In this document: piece after piece, positions 36,021 through 46,000 of the stretch
How the letters are laid out: each line of letters begins with the position of its first letter
How positions within the stretch are numbered: the first letter of the stretch is position 1
Origin: Hyphomicrobiales bacterium
GTDB taxonomy: Bacteria; Pseudomonadota; Alphaproteobacteria; Rhizobiales; Hyphomicrobiaceae
Assembly: GCA_031419415.1 (NCBI GenBank)
Contig: JANOKV010000503.1
Span: 1-52,581, forward strand
DNA: 52,581 nt
Direction of reading: 5' to 3'
The notes under the pieces: model-generated
Told to the model about the DNA's origin: nothing
Seen by the model: the letters and a program-made list of their open reading frames with translations, nothing else
Database searches by the model: none
Translations under genes and position numbers: made by a program

Positions 36021-36857
36021 TCAATGGGACATCAGAACAGGAACCGTCATGTGTTCGAGGATGTGTCGGGTCGCCCCGCCGAACACGAATTCGGCCAGCC
36101 GCGAGTGGCCGTAGGCTCCCATGACCAGCAGATCGGAGCCATCGTCGGTAAGGCCGGATATCAGGACATCCCCGACCCGCATATCACTGGCCGTCGTCGA
36201 TGTGGCTTCGCACCGGACACCGTGTCGCGCGAGCGCGGTCGCGATTTCGGCGGTCGGTAAATCGCCAGCCTCCGCCGATCCCTTCTTGGGATTGACCCAA
36301 ATGATGCGGACGCCATCGGCTGCCTTCAGCAACGGCAGCGCATCGAAAACGGCCCTTGCCGCTTCCCGCTTCCCGTTCCAAGCGACAGTGATGCGCTTGC
36401 CGAAGTCGACAAAATTTCCGGAGTTGGGAATGATGAGGACCGGCCTGCCGCTCTCGATGGCCAGACGTTCCGGCACGTCCAGAAGGCTCGTGAAATCGAA
36501 GTCTTGATCCCGTTGACCGGCGACGATCAGGTCAGCGGCGTGTCCGTGCTGCATGACGGTTTCGGCAACGCCCTGATCTTTGGGCTCAACGAGACGCCAT
36601 TCGGCAACGAATGGACGACCCTTGCATGCCGCGTCGAACGCGCCCTGCACGCGCCCGGCTTCCTCCCGGAACTTCGCCAGCCCGCTCTTGATCATGGCGG
36701 TCCCGCGCGACGTTGCGCCGTACGTTGGAACCGGCGGCATGACATAGAGCCCGATCAGATGGGCTTCATGCCGCGTCGCAATGTGGGTGGCTGCGTCCAC
36801 CAGTCCAGCAACGCGGCGCTCATCATTGGTATGAAGGAGAATGGTCTTGTAGGTCAT
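36021..36857 (-). CDS. tandem-domain universal stress protein
   Basis: 278 aa, ATG start. Two Usp domains, the C-terminal one with ATP-binding motif 'LLVMGAYGHSRLAEFVFGGATRHIL'. Confidence 0.85.
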   Translation of the reverse strand: MTYKTILLHTNDERRVAGLVDAATHIATRHEAHLIGLYVMPPVPTYGATSRGTAMIKSGLAKFREEAGRVQGAFDAACKGRPFVAEWRLVEPKDQGVAETVMQHGHAADLIVAGQRDQDFDFTSLLDVPERLAIESGRPVLIIPNSGNFVDFGKRITVAWNGKREAARAVFDALPLLKAADGVRIIWVNPKKGSAEAGDLPTAEIATALARHGVRCEATSTTASDMRVGDVLISGLTDDGSDLLVMGAYGHSRLAEFVFGGATRHILEHMTVPVLMSH

Positions 36858-36944
36858 GGAAAGCCTCTGTCATGGAGTGGACGTTTGGGGTCGGCATCAG
36901 CCGTCGGCGATGGATGGGGGGCCTTACCATCCGCAGCACCGAAT

Positions 36945-37682
36945 TCACTTGTTGGGGGCGTTTTCGCCAGCCGCCACTGCCGCCAGGCCCTCGACATCGA
37001 TAAGCGTCACCAGGATGCAGTGCTCTATGGCGATCAGCCGATCTGCCCGAAACCGCGAGAATGTTCGGCTGACGGTCTCGATGGTCAGACCCAGAAAATC
37101 GGCGATGTCACTGCGCGTCATGGGCAGAACGAGCTCGAAGGGGTTCTCCCCGCGGCGGTCATTGCGTCGCGACAGCGCCATCAGAAATGTCGCCACCCGC
37201 TCGGACGCCGTGCATTGGCTCACGGTGAAGAGGTGTTCACGGGCCGCCAATAGCTCCTGTGAGAGCGCCTCGTAGAGCTTACGGCCTAGCTTGGCATCGC
37301 TTGCAGCGACGTTGTGCAACGTCGCGATGGGAATGGACCGCACCCAGGTCTTAATCGTGGCCTGCGCGCTGGTTGCATGCGTGCCGAGCGCACCGAGCCC
37401 GATCACGTCGCCCGGGTAGGCAAAATCGACGACCTGACGCCGGCCATCCGGCATCATGCGGTAAATGCAGGCGTGGCCGGCTTCGACGAGATAAACGTGG
37501 GCCGCACGGTCCCCCTCGCAAAAGAGGTGTTCGCGCGTATCGATGATGCGGGTCGGACCGGTGAGCATCTCGTCTGCGAAGCTATGGTCACTACGCGTCG
37601 CCTGCTTGCGGAAACCCGGCGATACGGCAATCGAGGCTCCCGCCAATTCTTGGGTGGGTGTGACGAAGGCGGTGGACAGCAT
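36945..37682 (-). CDS. Crp/Fnr-family (FixK-like) transcriptional regulator
   Basis: ATG at 37682 after GGGGA (the longer ORF reaches 37751). cNMP-type beta-barrel 'LFCEGDRAAHVYLVEAGHACIYRMMPDGRRQV' and HTH 'RSDIADFLGLTIETVSRTFSRF' carrying the E--SR recognition motif. Confidence 0.8.
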   Translation of the reverse strand: MLSTAFVTPTQELAGASIAVSPGFRKQATRSDHSFADEMLTGPTRIIDTREHLFCEGDRAAHVYLVEAGHACIYRMMPDGRRQVVDFAYPGDVIGLGALGTHATSAQATIKTWVRSIPIATLHNVAASDAKLGRKLYEALSQELLAAREHLFTVSQCTASERVATFLMALSRRNDRRGENPFELVLPMTRSDIADFLGLTIETVSRTFSRFRADRLIAIEHCILVTLIDVEGLAAVAAGENAPNK

Positions 37683-37857
37683 GGGGGTTCCCCTGTGATC
37701 TGCATCGACGTCTACTGTTCGATGCAGCCAAGAAACCAAGCTCGGGTCCATGCCGTGTGGCAGGTCTGTGATGAATTGTAAGAATTTGTGCCAGACCGCT
37801 TGGGCAGCCGGAATTGCCCCTCCGCCCCCCGTGGTTACAGTGGTGGTGGCCGTATGT

Positions 37858-39168
37858 TTACTCTCGGAATGCCCGGTTCATTTGATCGGCGAACGGCTTG
37901 ACGAGATAGGAGAGAGCGGTGCGATCTCCCGTCGACATGAACACTTCGACCGGCATGCCCGGCACGAGCTTCAGGTCACCAACGAGGCGGCGTGACTTGT
38001 CGTCCATTTCGAGTTGAACGATGTAGTAGTTCTGTCCCGTCTTGGCCTCGATCGTCACGTCGGCAGACACTTGAATGACACGGGCGTTGAGTTCAGGTGT
38101 CTTCTGCTGCGTGAAAGCCGACAGACGAAGGACGGCGGGCCGTCCCACGATGACCTGATCGACGCTGGCTGGCGCGATGCGCGCCTGCACCATCAAGCTG
38201 TCTTCTTCGGGCACGATCAACATCACCTGCTCGGCCGCCGTGATGACACCACCCAGTGTATGCACGGCCAATTCATGGACGACACCGCCACGCGGCGCTC
38301 TGAGGTCGATACGGTGAAGTTTGTCTTTGGCAGCCGTCTCACGCTCCAGTAGCTCGGAGATTTTCGCATCTATACTGCGCAACTCACGCTGCGACTGCGC
38401 TCTCACGTTCTCGTCGAGACCAAGAATTTGCACGGCTATTTCACTGATCTGGCCGTGCGCCCGCGCGATCTGCGCCACGAGGCCACCGTGCTCCCCTCCC
38501 AGGCGCATGCTTTCACGCTCCATCGTATAGACGCGCGAAACAGTCGTGAGCTGTTTGGTGTAGAGCCGGCGCACTTCATCCAACTCATTCTGGATGATCT
38601 TGAGTTCGCCGTTCTTCGCATCGCGCTGCGATGTCAGACCCTTGATTTCTTCCCTAAACTGGTCGGCCCGGAGCCTCAACTGGTCCTTCTGGCTGTCCTT
38701 TGCGCGTCGGTTTTCCTCGAACAACCTAATTTCACCGTCTGCAGCCGCCTTCGCTTCAGCATTTTGTTCGGCGAACCCCTTCGGCCATACGACTGCCGCT
38801 AGGCCATCGCGTTCGGCCGCGAGCCGGGCGCTGCGGGCCTGCAATTCCACGAGCTGCGACGTGACGACGCCAAGCTCGGAGCGAATTTGAGTGGCGTCGA
38901 GACGAATGAGAATGTCACCGGCTTTGACGCGATCGCCGTTCTTGACGTTGATTTCAGCGACGATTCCGCCGTAGCTGTGCTGCACTTTTTTTACACTGTG
39001 CTCAACGACGAAGGTGCCGGGTGCAATTACGGCCCCCGCCAGATTGGCCAACGCGGCCCAGCCGCCCAGTCCGAAAACCAGGGCGCCCATGACGGCCGCC
39101 GAGAAAACCACAGGCCTGACGACGGAGAAGCGCCCGTTGTCTTTTGCATTCGGAATCGGACTGGTCAC
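37858..39168 (-). CDS. HlyD-family type I secretion periplasmic adaptor (MFP)
   Basis: The listed ORF starts with TTG at 39225, overlapping the upstream gene. GTG at 39168 follows GGAGAG by 6 nt. One TM, long coiled-coil region, C-terminal 'LVPGMPVEVFMSTGDRTALSYLVKPF' typical of HlyD/PrtE adaptors. Confidence 0.85.
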   Translation of the reverse strand: MTSPIPNAKDNGRFSVVRPVVFSAAVMGALVFGLGGWAALANLAGAVIAPGTFVVEHSVKKVQHSYGGIVAEINVKNGDRVKAGDILIRLDATQIRSELGVVTSQLVELQARSARLAAERDGLAAVVWPKGFAEQNAEAKAAADGEIRLFEENRRAKDSQKDQLRLRADQFREEIKGLTSQRDAKNGELKIIQNELDEVRRLYTKQLTTVSRVYTMERESMRLGGEHGGLVAQIARAHGQISEIAVQILGLDENVRAQSQRELRSIDAKISELLERETAAKDKLHRIDLRAPRGGVVHELAVHTLGGVITAAEQVMLIVPEEDSLMVQARIAPASVDQVIVGRPAVLRLSAFTQQKTPELNARVIQVSADVTIEAKTGQNYYIVQLEMDDKSRRLVGDLKLVPGMPVEVFMSTGDRTALSYLVKPFADQMNRAFRE

Positions 39169-39206
39169 TTTATGCTCTCCAAAACATGCAACGCGCCGGG
39201 TCTTGC

Positions 39207-41204
39207 TCAGACGTTTGACTGCCAACTGAGCGGTCTAATAAAATCATCGTCTTGCAGCTCGTGGCGACCGAACATTTCCAATTCGTATTCCGCTGCTTGG
39301 TCGTAATCCAAATTCCCCTGCAAGATCGTGGTTGTTTCACCGTTGAATTCTTCGTAGCGAAACTTCATTTGACCCGGCTTCGTGAATTCCGACTGCTCGT
39401 TGATCAACACGAACTTGCGAATAGTCTGATCCCCGAACGTGTCATCGATGGCACTCGCAAATTCTTTGCCAAGTTCCTCCAGATCTAGCCGGTCTCCCGT
39501 CTCGAAATCGAGAATTATATCTCTATTGTCCTTGCCTCTGCCCGTAGCAGACGACGACCGGAAGACAAAAACGTCTTCACCCGCCCCCCCTGACATTACG
39601 TTGACGGCGTCGTTGGCGATGAGAATATCGTTACCGCTCCCGCCGACGGCATTCTCGATATCCTCGAACTCGTCTTCCCCTAAATCATCGCTGCGCGCTC
39701 GGCCCTCCAGAAGATCGATCACGGCGTCTGCCATCGACGCCGAGGCATCGTAAGTATCAGTTCCGCCACCACCGTCGTACACGTCGTTGGCCTGGTCGGT
39801 ATCCGCGACAATTTCATCGTCCCCATCGCCGCCGGCAACCGTATCTGCATCCGCACCACCGCGCAGAGTGTCGTTGCCTCCACCACCATCGATGGCATCC
39901 CGGCCACCACCACCGTCGATGGCATCATTTCCATTCTCGCCGACTAGGACGTCATCCCCCTCTTCGCCAAACAACGTGTCATTACCTTCGCCACCGAAGA
40001 CAGAGTCGTTACCCGCTCCCGCGAAAACCAAGTCGTCGCCCTTCCCACCGAAGACAATGTCGTCGCCATCGCCAGCCACGATCCGGTCATCGCCGTCACC
40101 TGCATAAATCGTGTCGCCACTCTCGCGGCCGATAATCGTGTCATCGCCACCGCGCGCGACGATGATATCCATCTGGGGGGTGCCAACAATTCGGTCGTTG
40201 CCATCCGTGCCGTATAACGTCGCGTCGGCGGGCAGAACGAGGTCGAGAAAGGCCGTCTGCGCAGTCGACCCAGAACCATCGTCGACGGCGTAAGTGAATG
40301 TCACGTCCGTGGTGTCGTTGTCGGCCGGCGCAAACATCCAACCGTCCGCATGCGCTGTAAGCATACCGGAAGTTGCCTGCAGATTGACAATGCTCAGGGC
40401 ATCTCCGTCTGGATCGAGCGCATGCCTCAGCAGGTCCGCAACAGTTATCAGGATCGCTTTATTGACGACCAGATTGCCGAGCAATACCGGCGCTGCGACG
40501 ACTGGCAAACGGTTCGAGATGAACGGCGGGTAGCCACCCGTGTCGCCATCCTCATCATCGTCTTCATCGTAAGGAGAACCAGGCCCGACAGGATCAGTGT
40601 CACCGTCCGATTCAGGATCGGACGGACCACCATCGCCACTCGATCCGCCGCCACCGCCATTTTGACCGGCGCCACGCCCGCCCCCACTGCCCCCACCGCC
40701 TGCAGAACGCCCCGATCCGCCACCATTGGCCGAAGCATCATCCATGGCCCTTTCACGTGGTACGTGCTGTGGACCATCGTTGTCGTTACCGGCCAGAGCT
40801 CCAGCCGAAAATCCCGCCAGTTGCGCCTGTCCACCCATATCGTAAACCGGCTCTCCATTTTTGAGCGGGCGGCGGACAGAAGTGGGCGCTTCGTCCATTG
40901 GGCCGCTTTTTTCGCCTCCCGACGGCGTTTGATCGGGCTGCTCGGCGGAAGGATCGTCCGCCAAAGCGTACTTATGCTCGACATCAACCAGGTCGCTACC
41001 TGCCGGGACACCTTGTGGTTGCTGTCCCGCGTATGTCTTTTCACCGCCCGTCAGAACATTCTTGACGAGCAGAAATGCGGCCGCGATGACCATTCCAAAA
41101 CTCGACCGAAGCACGATCTGGCTATCGGAATCCTGACCGGGCTCATACTTCCGGCGGACCGTCCCGTCATCGTTGAATTCAACATTTTTGTTCGTCGATA
41201 GCAT
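39207..41204 (-). CDS. RTX calcium-binding protein with N-terminal hydrophobic segment, Gly/acidic linker and cadherin-like domain
   Basis: ATG at 41204 after GAAGG (TTG 41225 alternative). 'FGMVIAAAFLLVKNVL' hydrophobic helix, poly-Gly/Asp linker, 'DPDGDALSIVNLQATSG...TFTYAVDDGSG', ~14 GGxGxD nonapeptides. C-terminal 'EDVFVFRS...DIILDFETGDRLDL' module. Confidence 0.85.
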   Translation of the reverse strand: MLSTNKNVEFNDDGTVRRKYEPGQDSDSQIVLRSSFGMVIAAAFLLVKNVLTGGEKTYAGQQPQGVPAGSDLVDVEHKYALADDPSAEQPDQTPSGGEKSGPMDEAPTSVRRPLKNGEPVYDMGGQAQLAGFSAGALAGNDNDGPQHVPRERAMDDASANGGGSGRSAGGGGSGGGRGAGQNGGGGGSSGDGGPSDPESDGDTDPVGPGSPYDEDDDEDGDTGGYPPFISNRLPVVAAPVLLGNLVVNKAILITVADLLRHALDPDGDALSIVNLQATSGMLTAHADGWMFAPADNDTTDVTFTYAVDDGSGSTAQTAFLDLVLPADATLYGTDGNDRIVGTPQMDIIVARGGDDTIIGRESGDTIYAGDGDDRIVAGDGDDIVFGGKGDDLVFAGAGNDSVFGGEGNDTLFGEEGDDVLVGENGNDAIDGGGGRDAIDGGGGNDTLRGGADADTVAGGDGDDEIVADTDQANDVYDGGGGTDTYDASASMADAVIDLLEGRARSDDLGEDEFEDIENAVGGSGNDILIANDAVNVMSGGAGEDVFVFRSSSATGRGKDNRDIILDFETGDRLDLEELGKEFASAIDDTFGDQTIRKFVLINEQSEFTKPGQMKFRYEEFNGETTTILQGNLDYDQAAEYELEMFGRHELQDDDFIRPLSWQSNV

Positions 41205-41221
41205 GGCCGCCTTCGCAATTC

Positions 41222-42988
41222 TCAAGCCGCCGGACGCGGGATTTGTTGCACGAGACCCGTTTGAGATTTCAATACCTGAGAGAGAATTTCATCTTTGGGA
41301 CCGAACGCTGACAGTTTGCCGTTTTCAACCACGCCCACCATGTCGACGGCCGCCAAAGCACTGGGACGGTGAGCGATGACCACGGCTATGCCACCGCGCT
41401 TGCGCACACCGACAATGGCTTGGGTCAGCGCAGCCTCTCCTTCTGCGTCCAAATTCGAGTTGGGCTCGTCGAGCACAACGAGGAAGGGATCGCCGTAGAG
41501 CGCACGGGCCAAGCCAATCCGTTGACGCTGGCCTGCGGACAAGGCTGTACCATTGGGCCCGAGTTCAGTTTCGTAACCATCCGGCATGCGGACAATCATC
41601 TCGTGCACGCCGGCGGCTTTTGCTGCGGCGAGAATTTTGGCGCCGTCGGGTGAGGGATCGAGACGGCAGATGTTCTGCGCGATCGTCGCGTCCAGCAGCG
41701 AGATCTCCTGTGGCAGATAACCGATGTAGCTGCCGAGAACGTCCACGGGCCACTGCGTGATATCCGCGTCATCCAGACGAACGTTGCCTCGCACGAGCGG
41801 CCACACTCCGGTCAATCCCCGCACGAATGACGATTTGCCGCCACCGCTTGGCCCAACAATGCCCGCAGCCTGTCCAGCTTGAAGCGAAAGCGTCACGTCA
41901 CTGAGCACGACCGTCCCATTGCTCGGCGCAGCAACCGTTACCCGCTCGACTTTCAGATTTCGGGTCGGGCGCGGCAATTCTACGTTGGGTGCGGCGTCAT
42001 CGATCGCCGTCAGGGTTTCTGTCAATCGGGCATAGGATTTCCGCGCGGCGACGACGCCTTTCCATTGACTGATGGCCAAGTCCACCGGGGCAAGCGCCCG
42101 CGCCGATGCGACAGAGGCAGCAATGATCGCGCCGGCCGTCAGGTCTCCACCGATCGTCAAATAGGCGCCCACGCCCAAGACGGCCGATTGCAAGATCATA
42201 CGAAGAACCTTGGAAATACCACTGAAGGTTCCTGCCACATCATTCGTCTTTGTCTGCAGCGCCAAGTGTTCGCCGTTGATCTTGTCGAAGCGGGCGATAG
42301 CGCGTCCCGAAAAGCCCATCGCGCGAATGACGTCGGAGTTGCGCGCATGCGAGTCAGCCATAACGGCGCGCGCCACGGCGGCCTGCTGGGTGGACGCGCT
42401 GTGTTTTTGGGTGAGAATTTCGGTTAGCAGCGTCAGCGTCGTGAGGATCAGTGCACCGGCGATCGTCAGCATGCCGAGCCAAGGATGCAGGCAGTAGACG
42501 AAAATTAGATAGAGGGGCATCCACGGCAGATCGAAAAGGGCCATCGGCCCCTGCCCACCCATGAAATGGCGCAACGTATCGACGTCACGGCCCCGCTCCA
42601 TCGACTCCGCCGTCGAAAACCCGTAACGGGGCATATCGATGGTGACCTTATGGGCCAGAGGCGCCAGGTAATGGTCGAGTTTGGCGCCGACGCGCACCAG
42701 AATGTGCGAGCGGCTCACATCGAGCAATCCCTGGAAGCAGTAGAGCCCAATCGCCAAGCCGGAGAGCGCAATCAACGTCGGGATGCTTTGACTGGTTAGC
42801 GCCCGGTCATAGACCTGGAGCATGTAAACCGAGCCCGTGAGGGCCAGTATGTTCACAATGCCGGACACCAGAAATAGGTAAGCGATAACCCTGCGCAATC
42901 CGCCGACTTCGGAAATGGGCGTCTTTATTTTCGAATACCGTTTACGAAATGATTTTTTACGCATGCGCCACATCCCCAAACTCGTCAT
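41222..42988 (-). CDS. type I secretion system permease/ATPase (PrtD-type, no C39/CLD domain)
   Basis: ORF opens with TTG at 43045. ATGs at 42988/42973/42964 give ~580-588 aa. Six TM, Walker A 'GPSGGGKSS', signature 'LSAGQRQRIGLARAL', Walker B 'VVLDEPNSNLD'. Confidence 0.9.
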   Translation of the reverse strand: MTSLGMWRMRKKSFRKRYSKIKTPISEVGGLRRVIAYLFLVSGIVNILALTGSVYMLQVYDRALTSQSIPTLIALSGLAIGLYCFQGLLDVSRSHILVRVGAKLDHYLAPLAHKVTIDMPRYGFSTAESMERGRDVDTLRHFMGGQGPMALFDLPWMPLYLIFVYCLHPWLGMLTIAGALILTTLTLLTEILTQKHSASTQQAAVARAVMADSHARNSDVIRAMGFSGRAIARFDKINGEHLALQTKTNDVAGTFSGISKVLRMILQSAVLGVGAYLTIGGDLTAGAIIAASVASARALAPVDLAISQWKGVVAARKSYARLTETLTAIDDAAPNVELPRPTRNLKVERVTVAAPSNGTVVLSDVTLSLQAGQAAGIVGPSGGGKSSFVRGLTGVWPLVRGNVRLDDADITQWPVDVLGSYIGYLPQEISLLDATIAQNICRLDPSPDGAKILAAAKAAGVHEMIVRMPDGYETELGPNGTALSAGQRQRIGLARALYGDPFLVVLDEPNSNLDAEGEAALTQAIVGVRKRGGIAVVIAHRPSALAAVDMVGVVENGKLSAFGPKDEILSQVLKSQTGLVQQIPRPAA

Positions 42989-43062
42989 TGGTTCCCTGGT
43001 TGGAACCGGGGAGGCACGGGGGTGCCTTCCCGGTTCTTTCTGCAATTTCCGTGCCGTTAACT

Positions 43063-46000
43063 TTAGACGAAGTTGGCCTTGTCGAGGTCAGTAACGCCGA
43101 CGACTCTGATCTGGAAGTCCGCTTCGGTATCGTTGTCGGTGTTGCCCTGGATGAGCGTGTCACCACCAACGATTTCCAACCGAAGACTACCCGCCATCGT
43201 GAAGTCGGCGCTCATGGCTGTATCGAAATCGAACGTCAGTCCCGAATAGAGCGGTCCCAGGTCGATCCTGTCGCCAGAAGAAAACCCTTCGATGCTGTCG
43301 CCATTTGCCGCCTGGGCCGACCGGAAGACGAACACGTCGTGACCTGCACCACCGTTCAACACGTTGGCTGCATTGCTCGCGTAGATCGAATCGTTGCCGG
43401 AGCCACCGACGACGTTTTCGATCGAGCTCAACGTATCAGCGCCCGATTCCATGCTGGAGGCCGAGCCGATACCCACCGTTCCAAGATCGACGATCAGGTT
43501 GGACGTGACCGCTTCGAAGTCGAGGGTGTCGATGCCGGCATCACCGTGGTAAACGTCGTTACCGTCACCGACAGCAGCAAAGATGGTGTCGTTGCCGGCC
43601 CCAGCATGGACCACATCGCGCCCGGCTTCGCCGAAGATCAGGTCATTACCGGCATCCGCGAACACCGTATCATCCCCGGACCCCGCCAGAACCGTATCGT
43701 CACCGGCGCCAGAAAGAATGAAGTCGTTCCCGCCATTACCGAAGACGAGGTCGTCACCATTTCCTCCGACCAGATGATCGGCGCCCGCGCCGCCCACCAG
43801 GGTATCGTTGCCATCGAGGCCCAGAAGGGTGTCGTCACCGTCTTCGCCCGTCAGGATGTCATGCCCTGCACTGCCGACCTTCGTGTCGTTTGCGCTGCTG
43901 CCGAACGACGTGATCGGACCAGCCGGCACACTCGGAGAGGGAACAACCACCGGATCGACCGGCGGCGGCGTGGGGTCGATCACGGTGTCGGCTTGGCCGA
44001 ACTCCACAATGTGGGGCGCCTGGGACGGCGTGGGCGGGGTCGCGTAGGTGAACGAACCCGTCGTCGTATAGAGGGTCGACGTCCCGTCTCCGTTGTCGGC
44101 TTCGATGCAATCGGCCAGGTTATCGCCCGGCGCAAGCTCGATCACGTCCTGCGGCCGCATGGTTCCGATGATGGTGTCGTTGCCACCTTTGCCGTTGAAA
44201 ACAATGCGATGCGCCGACGTAAGTCCGGAAATGTCGATCACGTCATTTCCACTCGAGCCGTTGATCGTGATCGTATTGAGCGCGAGCGATGTGGTTGCGA
44301 AGTCTCCGATGATTTGGATGGTATCGCCACCCACGGCGCCGCCAGCAGCCACGACGGGGTCTGCGTTGATCACCAATTCCTCGATGTTGTCGAGTTCGGC
44401 GATGACCGCTTCGCCCGTCAGACCGTCATCCCGCGTCACAACGATCTCGGTTCCGGCAGCCAATGGCCCGAATTGAATCACCTGTACAGCCGTCAAACTT
44501 GCCACGGTGTAGATTCGGAAGGTATCGCCACCGTCGCTGCCACGAACATCGAACGTGTCGCCGATTGCGGTGTTGCCGCCGCCATCGATCACGTCTCGGC
44601 CATCGCCGACCCGCCAGCCGATGATGTCATCGCCATCTACGCCGTCCGGCAGGCCCGCCGCCGGGTCGACACCATCACCGAAGATAATGTCGTTCCCCAC
44701 ACCACCGTCGATCGTGTCGTCGCCGCCCAGACCGATGATGGTATCGCCGAAATCCGTCCCCACGAGGGCATCGGCGTTCGCCGTACCGACGATTAGGTCG
44801 CCATCGAGAATGTCGGCCACCGAGAACAGGGTCACGCCAGCCGGCGTCGGGTCACCCGCGCGCAGGCTGTCGATCAAAGCCTGAACGTCGGCATCGGCCA
44901 TCGGGACATCGATGATTAGGATCGTCTCGATCCCGATCACGGCATCTTCCTGCACGGCCGCAATATCGACGACTTCCAGAATTCCGTCAGGCGTGACGAC
45001 GAATGCGAAGTTGTCCAGCGGACCGAAGAAGACCGCAACATCACCCAGTCCGGGGATCGTATTGGCGCCACCTTCCAGAATGTCATTGCCAGGACCGCCG
45101 ATGAGGATGTCGTCACCGGCCAGCGCGAGGATCTGGTCGTCACCGGCCAGGGCGTTGATGAGGTCGGCGCCGTTCGTGCCGACGAGAATGTCGGCGCCTG
45201 CCGTCGGCGCGCCCGTTGCGGCAAGAGCTACTGGCGCTGTCGGCACAGACTGAACGATCTCTGGCATACCCTCCGCGTCGCGGAAGCTTCCCACGACACG
45301 CAGGCTCAGCCCATCCAAACCGAGGTCGGCCGTGATCACCAGCGTTCGACCGATCATCTGATCGCCGGCCGCATTGGCCACGGGCGCCCAATCGCCGGCG
45401 CCAGGTGTCTGTTCGAATTCCCAAGCGAAGGTCATCGTTGTGATGTCGACCAAACCGCCTGGGTTATCGGCGTCAATCACCGTCCCGATGTCGACTGTCA
45501 GTGTGTCACCGATATTGATGCCGGGAGCACCCTGGTCGGGCTGAACGATCGAGATGTCCAGCATCCCCTGGGCCATCGCATTGCTCAGCGCTGGATCGAG
45601 GAACACGCGTTCATCGGCGAACTGGAGGACTTCGACGTTGCGGACCAGATCGGTGCCGTCGGCCAACCGTAGCCCACCGCCTCCGCCGCCACCACCCGGA
45701 GGCGTGTGGGTGATCGAGATGAAGCCGTCGCCGTCGATATCGACACCATTGGCGCCTGCATTGGCACCCTCGATCGCGTAGTTCGCCCAGATATCCCCGA
45801 ACACGGCGACGTCGATGTCGCCAGCATTGTTGGAGCTACCATCGCTGTTGAGGATTTCACGCACGGCCTGCAGTTGGCCAGGGTTGATCGTGCCAGCGCG
45901 CATGAGTTCGTCGAGGCCTTTACCGAGCCAGGCCGAAGGCGTCGCATCGCCAGCCGTGATCTTGCTGGTCAATGAGTCGACGGTCGCCAGCTCGGGACCC

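Noticed and set aside
37752-37857. TGTGA-containing segment and GGTCTG/CAGACC inverted repeat between hlyD and the Crp/Fnr gene, as a CRP/FNR site or terminator
   Set aside because: Only one half-site matches (TGTGA with no TCACA partner). The 6-bp stem has a 23-nt loop and no U-tract.
42949-44796. 615-aa plus-strand ORF, and 48064-49323 (419 aa), antisense to the giant RTX/peroxidase gene
   Set aside because: Arg/Val/Asp-rich with no motifs. The opposite strand carries clear RTX and peroxidase motifs in one continuous frame.
45670-45700. Poly-Gly tract (PPGGGGGGGGL) in the giant protein as a slippage-prone homopolymer
   Set aside because: The Gly codons are mixed (GGN varies), so there is no long mononucleotide run and no evidence for phase variation.
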